From NCBI GenBank assembly GCA_002498525.1, contig DAHR01000019.1, positions 39,404 to 103,403 on the forward strand: DNA of 64,000 nt. Reading direction: 5' to 3'. Positions 1 to 7,337 of this stretch are shown piece after piece. Positions within the stretch are counted from its first letter, which is position 1; each line of letters begins with the position of its first letter. A model generated the notes under the pieces. It had not been told where the DNA came from and did not search any database. It was given only the letters and a program-made list of their open reading frames with translations. Made by a program: the position numbers and the translations under genes. The DNA is from Euryarchaeota archaeon UBA58 (GTDB lineage Archaea; Thermoplasmatota; Poseidoniia; Poseidoniales; Thalassarchaeaceae).

Positions 1-86
1 GAATCATGGATAAGATTTCGCAGACGATGATTGAGCATATTCTTCGTGATAAATTGAATATTTTACCTTGGCTGGTGAATTATTGA
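1..86 (+). CDS. 3' end of an unidentified CDS that begins upstream of the window
   Basis: The frame is open from the window edge to TGA at 84-86 (...IMDKISQTMIEHILRDKLNILPWLVNY*). Too short to assign. Co-directional with the next two small genes. Confidence 0.25.
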   Translation, partial: IMDKISQTMIEHILRDKLNILPWLVNY

Positions 87-144
87 GGGTAATTTCATGG
101 TTGACGAGTAGCCCTGTAAGTTAATCAGAAGGTATACTGCTTCA

Positions 145-324
145 ATGGTTAGAGGCGTGGTCATGGCTCTATCAGATGGTGCTGCATTGCTTCTGCTTTC
201 AACCTCAATCTGGGGTGTTGCTACATGGTATTCTAGTTATATCATTCAATCAGTTTCACTGACAAGAATATTTGCCACTGCGGGAATCGCCTCCATGATT
301 GCCCTGCTGCTCTTGGTCTGGTGA
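145..324 (+). CDS. small hydrophobic protein (59 aa, two predicted TM helices), hypothetical
   Basis: ATG 145 to TGA 322-324, translated by hand: MVRGVVMALSDGAALLLLSTSIWGVATWYSSYIIQSVSLTRIFATAGIASMIALLLLVW. One residue below the 60-aa cutoff of the ORF track. Sits between two co-directional ORFs. Confidence 0.35.
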   Translation: MVRGVVMALSDGAALLLLSTSIWGVATWYSSYIIQSVSLTRIFATAGIASMIALLLLVW

Positions 325-405
325 TGTATTCTGAAAGAAATAATTTATCCTACACGAGTTCCAATCATCTGGCACCACATAGGTGACCGAGGAGTTCATC
401 CGAAT

Positions 406-744
406 TTGGAGGGTGTGACCGGTAGGTGCGTCATTATCGTTCATGAGAAGAATTATTCGCGTATAGAGGGCATTCTTGCAAAAGTGATGAGGGCGCCTTC
501 ACAATTAAAGCGGCCATTGGATGACTTGAATTCTATGCTTTGGGAGTTGATGGATGGTTCTAGAACCAAGTCAGAGATTGCAGATATATTGGAACAGACT
601 TTCCACGAGAGGATGATTCCAGCTTCCTATAGAGTTGCTATGTCCATTCAGGAAATGATCGATTTAGGTCTTGTCATTCCTCTTCCTAGTCAATTCCGAG
701 GTCAATGGAATATTGACGCGGTCATTGACTACGCAGATGATTGA
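406..744 (+). CDS. PqqD-like / RRE-like small winged-helix protein (hypothetical)
   Basis: Track ORF with a TTG start, so the start is uncertain. 'LNSMLWELMDGSRTKSEIADILEQTF' fits the PqqD-family signature as I remember it (LN..a..iW.l.DG.rt..eI). Motif-level evidence only. Confidence 0.45.
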   Translation: MEGVTGRCVIIVHEKNYSRIEGILAKVMRAPSQLKRPLDDLNSMLWELMDGSRTKSEIADILEQTFHERMIPASYRVAMSIQEMIDLGLVIPLPSQFRGQWNIDAVIDYADD

Positions 745-751
745 ATCTCGG

Positions 752-1567
752 TCACACACTGGGAGGTGGTGTTTGAGATCTCAATGATTCGTCTCGTTGA
801 GATTTGTAGACCCCGGCGAAGTATGCTATCATGGGCAGAACCAGGAGAAGAGAAAAACAGCCAATCAATGTCGCGACCCCATAGAAAGCCTCCGTAACTG
901 GGTCCAAGCTGAATTCCGTCACCTCGATGAGATTGTGTGAAGTAACGGTCATTTGAAGATGCAATCCAACTGATGAAATCACCTCATCATCATCATCGAC
1001 GATGGTAATCTCCCAGGTAGTCAATTTCGTCTGTGAGGAAATCAAAAACTCAGCCCGTTCTTCGGCTGATACAATATCGTCGGCCTGAAGGAACCCGACG
1101 CCTTCTATCGGTAATTCAAGTGACACTCTTCCTCGAAGAACCGTTTCCGTGGAGACAATGTCCATTGAATGAGTATAAGCAGCAATACAAGATTCAGAAA
1201 CATCACTGTATTCTTTGCAATTGAAAGCCGAATCACCATCCAATCCCAGCAGTGGTGAATGATACCAAATGGAACTCGATGAATAGATCACGAGTTGCGA
1301 ACCAATTGGCGCGTCTAGAACCGTGACATTGACCCATGTCAGAGCCGCGTTGGTGGTGACCTGCCATGCTGAGAGGTTTTCATCTGGTTGAGTCAAGACT
1401 AGTATTTCCCCCCCATTCGAAGTATCATATCTATAATATTCTGAGTCTATGGTATTGGAATATACTGCATAGGATAAGACGAGAATAAGGACCAATCCAA
1501 GCCCAATCATGGTTCGAAGCATATTCGGATTTCTCGACAATGCCTTCTTCATCAAATCCCCCCACAT
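752..1567 (-). CDS. membrane-anchored hypothetical protein (N- and C-terminal TM segments, acidic ectodomain)
   Basis: 271-aa ORF. Hydrophobic stretches 'MIGLGLVLILVLSYAV' and 'LIGCFSLLLVLPMIAYFAGV'. I recognise no family motif. Confidence 0.55.
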   Translation of the reverse strand: MWGDLMKKALSRNPNMLRTMIGLGLVLILVLSYAVYSNTIDSEYYRYDTSNGGEILVLTQPDENLSAWQVTTNAALTWVNVTVLDAPIGSQLVIYSSSSIWYHSPLLGLDGDSAFNCKEYSDVSESCIAAYTHSMDIVSTETVLRGRVSLELPIEGVGFLQADDIVSAEERAEFLISSQTKLTTWEITIVDDDDEVISSVGLHLQMTVTSHNLIEVTEFSLDPVTEAFYGVATLIGCFSLLLVLPMIAYFAGVYKSQRDESLRSQTPPPSV

Positions 1568-1692
1568 GATGAGGTGGTTTGAAACCTGTGTGGGGGGGGC
1601 TAAGAATGGTTGACTGGTAACGCATTCCTTCGATTGAAGTCATCACGGTTAAATACGGCCTCAAGGTCGCCCGCTCGCTACAAGGTGAATCA

Positions 1693-2163
1693 ATGACGTC
1701 ATTCCAAGATGTACCCGCCGATCTTCTCATCCAGATTCTGGCGAAAGGTCTACAGGACAACGATGCCATTACTGCTCCGCAGTGGGCCGAATTCGCCAAG
1801 ACTGGTACTCATCGAGAACGCCCTCCTGTACAGGGTGATTGGTGGTATGTGAGGTCGGCTGCCGTGCTCCGAAAAGTGGCTCTGAAAGGACCCATCGGTG
1901 CTAACCACATGGCACAATTATTCGGCGGGCCGAAGGACAGGGGTGTCAAGCCTAACAGGGCCGTGGCTGGCTCAAGGAAAGTGTCGCGATGCATTCTCCA
2001 GCAATTGACTGCTGCCGGTTACATCATCAACGCTCACAATACAGCAGGAAATGTCACACTGGGGAAAATTTTGACGCCATCAGGGCAAAGTATTCTGGAT
2101 GAGATGGCACATTCGGTTCGGGACGAAGCGGAAGCAAAGTACCCCGGACTTGCTCGTTATTGA
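1693..2163 (+). CDS. rps19e: ribosomal protein S19e (eS19)
   Basis: 'GDWWYVRSAAVLRKV' and overall S19e layout. Heads an r-protein cluster. Confidence 0.9.
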   Translation: MTSFQDVPADLLIQILAKGLQDNDAITAPQWAEFAKTGTHRERPPVQGDWWYVRSAAVLRKVALKGPIGANHMAQLFGGPKDRGVKPNRAVAGSRKVSRCILQQLTAAGYIINAHNTAGNVTLGKILTPSGQSILDEMAHSVRDEAEAKYPGLARY

Positions 2164-2174
2164 GGTGAAAAAAG

Positions 2175-2330
2175 ATGGCAAGACACAAACCATTCGCTAA
2201 GAAACAACGCCTAATCAAGGCTACGAAACAGAATCGGCGAGTCCCAGTCTGGGTCATGCTTCGCACGAATCGAAACACAGTATCCCATCCGAAACGTCAC
2301 CACTGGCGCCGTTCCAAACTTCAAAGGTGA
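2175..2330 (+). CDS. rpl39e: ribosomal protein L39e (eL39)
   Basis: Absent from the ORF track (51 aa). Hand translation [51 protein letters not shown] is a textbook L39e sequence. Confidence 0.9.
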   Translation: MARHKPFAKKQRLIKATKQNRRVPVWVMLRTNRNTVSHPKRHHWRRSKLQR

Positions 2331-2334
2331 TTAG

Positions 2335-2598
2335 ATGACTGAAGTGAAAGAAATGGTCATTCCACTCCGCGCAGCATGGAACGTTCCTCGGACTAAGAGG
2401 GCCAATAGAGCAATGGCGGAGATAAAGCGTCATGTTGCTCAACACATGAAAATTCAAGAAGATGAAGATATTTGGATAGACCAGGCTGTGAATGAAGTTA
2501 TTTGGTCAAGAGGAATGCAGAAACCCCCTCGAAAAATCCGAATTGTCTGCACTCGCGAAGAAGGATTTCCGTTGGAAGTCAAATTAGCGGAGGAATGA
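2335..2598 (+). CDS. rpl31e: ribosomal protein L31e (eL31)
   Basis: 'VIPLRAAWNVPRTKRANRAMAEIKRHV' is a typical L31e N-terminus. Canonical position after L39e. Confidence 0.9.
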   Translation: MTEVKEMVIPLRAAWNVPRTKRANRAMAEIKRHVAQHMKIQEDEDIWIDQAVNEVIWSRGMQKPPRKIRIVCTREEGFPLEVKLAEE

Positions 2599-2601
2599 AT
2601 C

Positions 2602-2793
2602 TTGGGCAATATCAGACCGTCATTCATCAAGAGTCGCGCTGTGCGTCTTCTGGAGATATATCCTGACCGCTTCACAGATGATTTCGACACCAATAAGCTC
2701 CTGGTGGCTGAATACACTGATGTGGACAATAACCGCATGCGTAACTGGATAGCCGGATATATCACCTGCTACATCCAACGCCGAACTGATTGA
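2602..2793 (+). CDS. rps17e: ribosomal protein S17e (eS17)
   Basis: 'GNIRPSFIKSRAVRLLEIYPDRFTDDFDTNK' matches the S17e N-terminus. TTG start. Confidence 0.85.
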   Translation: MGNIRPSFIKSRAVRLLEIYPDRFTDDFDTNKLLVAEYTDVDNNRMRNWIAGYITCYIQRRTD

Positions 2794-2836
2794 TCTCCTA
2801 ACCGTGGAGATAATCACTCAACTCTTCTTCGTCTAG

Positions 2837-3598
2837 GTGAAGGGCATGGGTGGCCGAGAACCAATTCTACTTCCGGATCACACCGATAGGGTATCGATCG
2901 TTCTCGTAAATCCCTCCCATGATGGGAATATCGGGGCCGTTGCTCGTACAATGTTGAATTTCGGATTCACCGATCTGCGAATTGTAGGCCATTCCGGAGA
3001 GTGGAGTAGAGATGTACGGAATAGGGCAAAACACGCTCAAAATGTGATAGATAATATTGGCGTTTTCGAAACACTTGGTGATGCGATCTCAGATTCATCT
3101 TTGGTTATCGGCACGTCGGGAAAGAGGGAGATTGGAGATCGAACTGAACTACGTCATTTTTTGTTGCCCGAAGAATTACCGGAGCAATTGGATGGAGTAG
3201 AGGGGAAGATAGCCCTGGTTTTCGGTCCAGAGGGTGTGGGTTTGTTGAACGATGAACTCAGGGCCTGTGATTTACTTGTGACAATACCTACTTGGGAGGG
3301 ATACCCTATCCTCAATCTCAGTCACGCTGTGACTGTGATTTGTTATGCTTGGTTCACTCAGTCAACGGACGTGATAACAGCAGGAGCAGAAGAGAGATTG
3401 CTTTCTCCTGAATTGCGAAACAGATTCAGACAAGAAGTGCATCGATTATCAAGAAATGTTCCCACTCGTGACCATAGGCGGGGTGGAATCGAAGAGACAC
3501 TCTTGCGAGTGATACTCAGAGGTCTTCCGAAAGATGATGAGATCCATCGAATTCTATCCGTGATATCAGAGTCAGCAGACGCGTTTGAAGAGGAGTGA
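2837..3598 (+). CDS. SpoU/TrmH-family RNA 2'-O-methyltransferase (TrmJ-like)
   Basis: 'IVLVNPSHDGNIGAVARTMLNFGF', 'LVFGPEGVGL' and 'LNLSHAVTVICY' correspond to SPOUT motifs 1-3. GTG start, or ATG at 2846. Confidence 0.75.
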   Translation: MKGMGGREPILLPDHTDRVSIVLVNPSHDGNIGAVARTMLNFGFTDLRIVGHSGEWSRDVRNRAKHAQNVIDNIGVFETLGDAISDSSLVIGTSGKREIGDRTELRHFLLPEELPEQLDGVEGKIALVFGPEGVGLLNDELRACDLLVTIPTWEGYPILNLSHAVTVICYAWFTQSTDVITAGAEERLLSPELRNRFRQEVHRLSRNVPTRDHRRGGIEETLLRVILRGLPKDDEIHRILSVISESADAFEEE

Positions 3599-3602
3599 CG
3601 CG

Positions 3603-4055
3603 TCATTCTCTTCGCCACGAAGCCCAGGATTTTGGAGTCTCCCGAACGTGCATTGCGACTAATTGAAGTCGATTTCCGTATGCAGTGATGATGTGTGAAT
3701 CAACCTGTTCAAAAGCCCACTTGGCAAGGTTCTCTGCTGTCGGAATAAAATCAACAACGACAGTTCGGTGCCCATCTCCCATCGCTGCAAGCGCAGACAG
3801 TGCTTCCTTGTCGCTTGAATAGACGATGAACGCATGGTCGACTACATCGTGTATCTGCTGGGTCAGAATCGCAGCAACATCGCTGAAGTCGATTAACATC
3901 CCCTCTTCGGAAACACCTTCATCGCCTACGACATCACCTTCTATTTCGACTTCCCAACGGTACCGGTGACCGTGAAGGTGTTTGCATTTGCTCTTGTGAT
4001 TCGGAACCCGATGTCCTGTGTCGGTTTCTATGAATCTTCGAATTGTTGTAGTCAT
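3603..4055 (-). CDS. queD: 6-carboxy-5,6,7,8-tetrahydropterin synthase QueD (PTPS family)
   Basis: 'CKHLHGHRYRWEVEIEG' His/Cys motif. Last gene of the preQ0 cluster. Confidence 0.85.
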   Translation of the reverse strand: MTTTIRRFIETDTGHRVPNHKSKCKHLHGHRYRWEVEIEGDVVGDEGVSEEGMLIDFSDVAAILTQQIHDVVDHAFIVYSSDKEALSALAAMGDGHRTVVVDFIPTAENLAKWAFEQVDSHIITAYGNRLQLVAMHVRETPKSWASWRRE

Positions 4056-4058
4056 GTA

Positions 4059-5150
4059 TTATTCTCCTGTGAATTCCAAACAAATGGAATTGATACAGTA
4101 TCTCTCACCTTTTGATTCAGAAAAAACATGGCCTAGATGGGAATCGCATTTAGAACAGCGCAATTCTACTCTGATCATTCCATGACTGTGATCCTCTATC
4201 CTTCGAATTTTCGCGTCAGAAATTTCACGATTAAAGGACGGCCATCCACATCCCGAATCATATTTCATGTCAGATTCAAATAATTGTTTTGAGCAATCCG
4301 CACAGCGATATACTCCGTCTTCGAAGTGTTTATCGAACTCGCCACTGAAAGCTTGTTCAGTGCCATTTTGTTTCATTACATGAAATCTCAACTGAGAATT
4401 CAACGCTCCCTGTAAAACATCTTTCCATGGTTTAGTGTATTCTATTGGGTCTTCCCGACCCAGAGCATGGAATGCTAGGATTCGTTCAATATCAGCCCCA
4501 CTTGTACCGCTGGCCCTACCCTCAGAATCGGGATTGTAAGAGGAAATAGTGTTCTCGAAGATTCTCTCGAAATCTAGATTGAGAACGCTACAGGATTCTA
4601 GGGCATCTCGCAGAATCGTCTCTTTATCTCCATCGATATAAGGAAGGTGGAAACTCACTCGGTCACTACCCCAATTACCCAGAGCGAATGCCCCAGCGAT
4701 TGCAGAGTAGAATTCCGGTCTACAATCAGGGTAGATCGCGTGATCCCCAGAGTGAACACCCATGGCGATATCTACATCGCAGTCCTCACGGTGCGAAACA
4801 CTCAGTGCATAACCATAGAGAATCGAGGCGAAGATAGCGTTGCGGTTCGGCACCACAGTAATTTTCATCTGTTCTTCCTCATAATACCCTTCAGGTACCT
4901 CGATATCGTCCGAGGTCAGTGCCGAATGAAAGAGAGACATGGCGCTGGATAAATCCGCGATTTTGTGCTCGACCCGATGCCCCTCACCTTCGAGATATTC
5001 GATATTCGCCTTCGCACGTTCAAGTTCGATTCGATGCTTCTGACCATATTCATAGGAAATGCAACTGACCTTGTAACCATCAGCCAACAACCGCAACAAC
5101 AGGCCAGTTGAATCCATCCCACCAGAGAGTGCCATCACAGCACGAATCAT
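4059..5150 (-). CDS. queC: 7-cyano-7-deazaguanine synthase QueC fused to methionine-R-sulfoxide reductase MsrB
   Basis: N-terminal PP-loop 'ALSGGMDSTG' and 'YPDCRPEF' (QueC). C-terminal ~110 aa (nt ~4062-4391) carry 'CADC', 'GCGWPSF', 'CSKC' and 'RYCINS' (MsrB). I place the start at ATG 5150, which overlaps the queE stop as ATGA. The track start at 5192 would overlap queE by 46 nt. Confidence 0.8.
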   Translation of the reverse strand: MIRAVMALSGGMDSTGLLLRLLADGYKVSCISYEYGQKHRIELERAKANIEYLEGEGHRVEHKIADLSSAMSLFHSALTSDDIEVPEGYYEEEQMKITVVPNRNAIFASILYGYALSVSHREDCDVDIAMGVHSGDHAIYPDCRPEFYSAIAGAFALGNWGSDRVSFHLPYIDGDKETILRDALESCSVLNLDFERIFENTISSYNPDSEGRASGTSGADIERILAFHALGREDPIEYTKPWKDVLQGALNSQLRFHVMKQNGTEQAFSGEFDKHFEDGVYRCADCSKQLFESDMKYDSGCGWPSFNREISDAKIRRIEDHSHGMIRVELRCSKCDSHLGHVFSESKGERYCINSICLEFTGE

Positions 5151-5746
5151 AACACACCCATCCATTTGTGGGTCTGGAGGGATAGTCTCCATCCAGGACT
5201 ATCCTTCACCAGAGCCTCTACCACTGCGAAATTTTGTCCGTTCTGTTCGACACTCTCAGTTTCGATGTAACAAGGCTGGAGGAACAAATGATCGAAGCCA
5301 TTCCGCAGGTCGTCGTATAATGAGAGGTCTTGTCCACAGTAAACGACCTTGAGTTCATCCCCTGTACGTTGCTTTATTGCAACATTGGGATAGACTTGGT
5401 CCTTCGGGGATACACATATCCAATCGATGATATCAGGCACAGGTATGGTTCCATTTGTCTCGATGGAAAGTAACTTCCCTCTTTCTTTCAGGGACTTTCC
5501 AATCGTTTCAAGATCTTGTAGACATGGTTCGCCTCCGGTGAATATCACTCTGTCACAAACGAAAGAATCGACTTCATCCAAAATTTCTTCCAGGGACCAT
5601 TCTTCATACTTCATGAAATCCGTATCACACCATTCACAACGCAGATTACAATCACCGAACCGAATGAACACATGGGGAATTCCGGAATGAAATGCCTCTC
5701 CTTGTACAGAGTAGAAAATTTCTACAATTGGATACGTGACAGTCAA
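5147..5746 (-). CDS. queE: 7-carboxy-7-deazaguanine synthase QueE (radical SAM)
   Basis: 'CNLRCEWCDT' radical-SAM cluster motif, 'FTGGEP', and operon context. Confidence 0.9.
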   Translation of the reverse strand: MTVTYPIVEIFYSVQGEAFHSGIPHVFIRFGDCNLRCEWCDTDFMKYEEWSLEEILDEVDSFVCDRVIFTGGEPCLQDLETIGKSLKERGKLLSIETNGTIPVPDIIDWICVSPKDQVYPNVAIKQRTGDELKVVYCGQDLSLYDDLRNGFDHLFLQPCYIETESVEQNGQNFAVVEALVKDSPGWRLSLQTHKWMGVL

Positions 5747-5755
5747 AGTTTCACC

Positions 5756-6337
5756 TCATCTGCTGAGTGGTGCACTGCGAATCAATTGCATTAATTCAGT
5801 CCTGGCCTCCGAATTGTCGAAGAATACTCCGCGCATTGCGCTGGTAGTCATGATAGCATTTTGTTTCATAACACCTCGACATTGCATGCAACTGTGAGTC
5901 GCCTCGATGATCACAGCAGTGCCCATCGGCTGCAATTCATTTTCTAGGTCATCAGCAACACCTTTCGTGATTCTTTCTTGATTCTGGAGGCGACGTGAAT
6001 GCAAATCCAGGATCCGCGCCAATTTGCTGATGCCGACAATCCTCTCGGTGGGAATATATGCAATATGTGCTCTACCGTTGAAGGGGAGTAGATGGTGTTC
6101 ACATGTACTGTGGAACTCGATATCCCGAAGGAGTACGATTCCATCATAACCTTCGGCATTGAATGTCGAATCCAATACAGCCTTCGGATTCATACCATAT
6201 CCTTGGAATATTTGTTCCCAAGAGGAAACTACTCTTTCAGGCGTTTCCGTCAATCCTTCACGACCAGCTTCACCACCTTCGAGATATTCTAACAAAGTAC
6301 GTACAGCCAGAATCGCCTCATCCCTCTTTTCATTCAT
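5756..6337 (-). CDS. folE: GTP cyclohydrolase I (FolE type IA)
   Basis: 'HSTCEHHLLPFNGRAHIAYIP' and 'VIIEATHSCMQCRG' zinc/active-site motifs. Confidence 0.9.
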   Translation of the reverse strand: MNEKRDEAILAVRTLLEYLEGGEAGREGLTETPERVVSSWEQIFQGYGMNPKAVLDSTFNAEGYDGIVLLRDIEFHSTCEHHLLPFNGRAHIAYIPTERIVGISKLARILDLHSRRLQNQERITKGVADDLENELQPMGTAVIIEATHSCMQCRGVMKQNAIMTTSAMRGVFFDNSEARTELMQLIRSAPLSR

Positions 6338-6521
6338 TATCGTTCACCTCTGAATTCAGTTCCCTTCCGTGTCTTGCATCAATCTCGTCTAAATGGTCTA
6401 ACATTTTCCTACATGCAGTTCGGACCGCATCGGCGACGGAAACGAATTTCCCTTCGTCACCGACATGAATTCGCAGATCATCAAGCAACTGACGTGGCAT
6501 GTCCAGACTGATTTTTGGCAT
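6330..6521 (-). CDS. ribbon-helix-helix (CopG/Arc-type) DNA-binding protein
   Basis: 'MPKISLDMPRQLLDDLRIHV...FVSVADAVRTACRKML' shows the beta-strand plus two-helix RHH pattern. ATG at 6521 (track GTG at 6527). The 3' end overlaps the folE start by 8 nt. Confidence 0.65.
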   Translation of the reverse strand: MPKISLDMPRQLLDDLRIHVGDEGKFVSVADAVRTACRKMLDHLDEIDARHGRELNSEVNDNE

Positions 6522-6550
6522 AACCACGCGATGGTACGTCTATTATTCAA

Positions 6551-6579
6551 GTATTCGTATTCGAATACTCAACGAATAC
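6551..6579. promoter_or_regulatory. nested inverted repeats GTATTC-GTATTC|GAATAC-tcaac-GAATAC (candidate RHH operator)
   Basis: Read directly: 6551-6556 GTATTC, 6557-6568 perfect palindrome GTATTCGAATAC, 6574-6579 GAATAC. Lies 30-58 nt upstream of the RHH ATG. An A/T-rich 'TTGAATAATAG' (gene orientation) sits between it and the start. Confidence 0.4.
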
Positions 6580-6881
6580 TACGCTGCCACCAGATGGGCA
6601 ACGAGATCTGGGTGAGCGGAACAGATATTGTCCGCTCTTGTGATCAACTGAGATAGATGATGAATCAATTCTCGCTGATCACAATCCTGGGAGATCATGT
6701 TAGCGAGAACAATCAGTCCACCTTGAATCACACCTGCTTCCAGATATGCATCGTTACTGATTGTGCCCTCGGTCCGTAGATCTGTAAGAGCTTCGGACAA
6801 TGTCTCTGCTTCTTTTCTGGCACTGGCACTGGAGAGATTACCATCTGACAGCCTCAGCCTCATCGATTCGAGCATGGCCAC
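6579..6881 (-). CDS. hypothetical helical protein (100 aa)
   Basis: Track ORF that fills the gap between the epimerase and the RHH gene on the same strand. No motif recognised. Confidence 0.45.
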   Translation of the reverse strand: MAMLESMRLRLSDGNLSSASARKEAETLSEALTDLRTEGTISNDAYLEAGVIQGGLIVLANMISQDCDQRELIHHLSQLITRADNICSAHPDLVAHLVAA

Positions 6882-6920
6882 TCGTCCGACATTCCCTTTT
6901 TGACCGTTTTCTGTCCGCCA

Positions 6921-7337
6921 TCAGGAATGTTGTACTAATTCAACGAGTACGCCACCAGTTGATGAGGGGTGTAAGAATGCGATTTTTGTCTGATTGGCCC
7001 CCTCGAAGGAACTGTTGTTGATGACAATGAATCCTGCCCCAATCAATTCCGCGAGTGTAGTGTCAATGTCTTCGACTTCTATCGCGAGTTGTTGAATACC
7101 TACACCTCGTCTTTGAATGAACTGGTGAATAGGAGATGATTCATCTATAGGTTCCAGCAATTCAATTCGGGCTCGACCCTCAGAATTGTGGGCCGATTGA
7201 TAGAATCGAATTCGAACTCCTTGCTCTTCATTGATTTCGTCCCCCCCATGTTGGAAGCCCAACAATTTCCAGAGTTTATCATGATCATCAAGATTCTCGG
7301 TTGCTATACCGATGTGGTCAATTCTTGAATCTCTCAT
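6921..7337 (-). CDS. mce: methylmalonyl-CoA epimerase (VOC/glyoxalase fold)
   Basis: 'IDHIGIATENLD', 'GVGIQQLAIEVEDID', 'FLHPSSTGGVLVELVQ'. Directly downstream of the mutase. Confidence 0.85.
   Translation of the reverse strand: MRDSRIDHIGIATENLDDHDKLWKLLGFQHGGDEINEEQGVRIRFYQSAHNSEGRARIELLEPIDESSPIHQFIQRRGVGIQQLAIEVEDIDTTLAELIGAGFIVINNSSFEGANQTKIAFLHPSSTGGVLVELVQHS

Noticed and set aside
256-444. 62-aa minus-strand ORF at the left edge
   Set aside because: It overlaps both the 59-aa membrane ORF and the PqqD-like ORF on the plus strand and has no features of its own.
752-1567. The 271-aa membrane protein as an archaeosortase substrate
   Set aside because: Its C-terminus ('...LIGCFSLLLVLPMIAYFAGVYKSQRDESLRSQTPPPSV') has a TM helix but no PGF-type or other sorting tripeptide that I recognise. 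A long tail also follows the helix.
5151-5192. 14-codon N-terminal extension of queC given by the track start
   Set aside because: It would overlap queE by 46 nt. The ATG at 5150 forms a classic ATGA stop/start overlap and is followed within a few residues by the PP-loop (MIRAVMALSGGMDS), as in known QueC.
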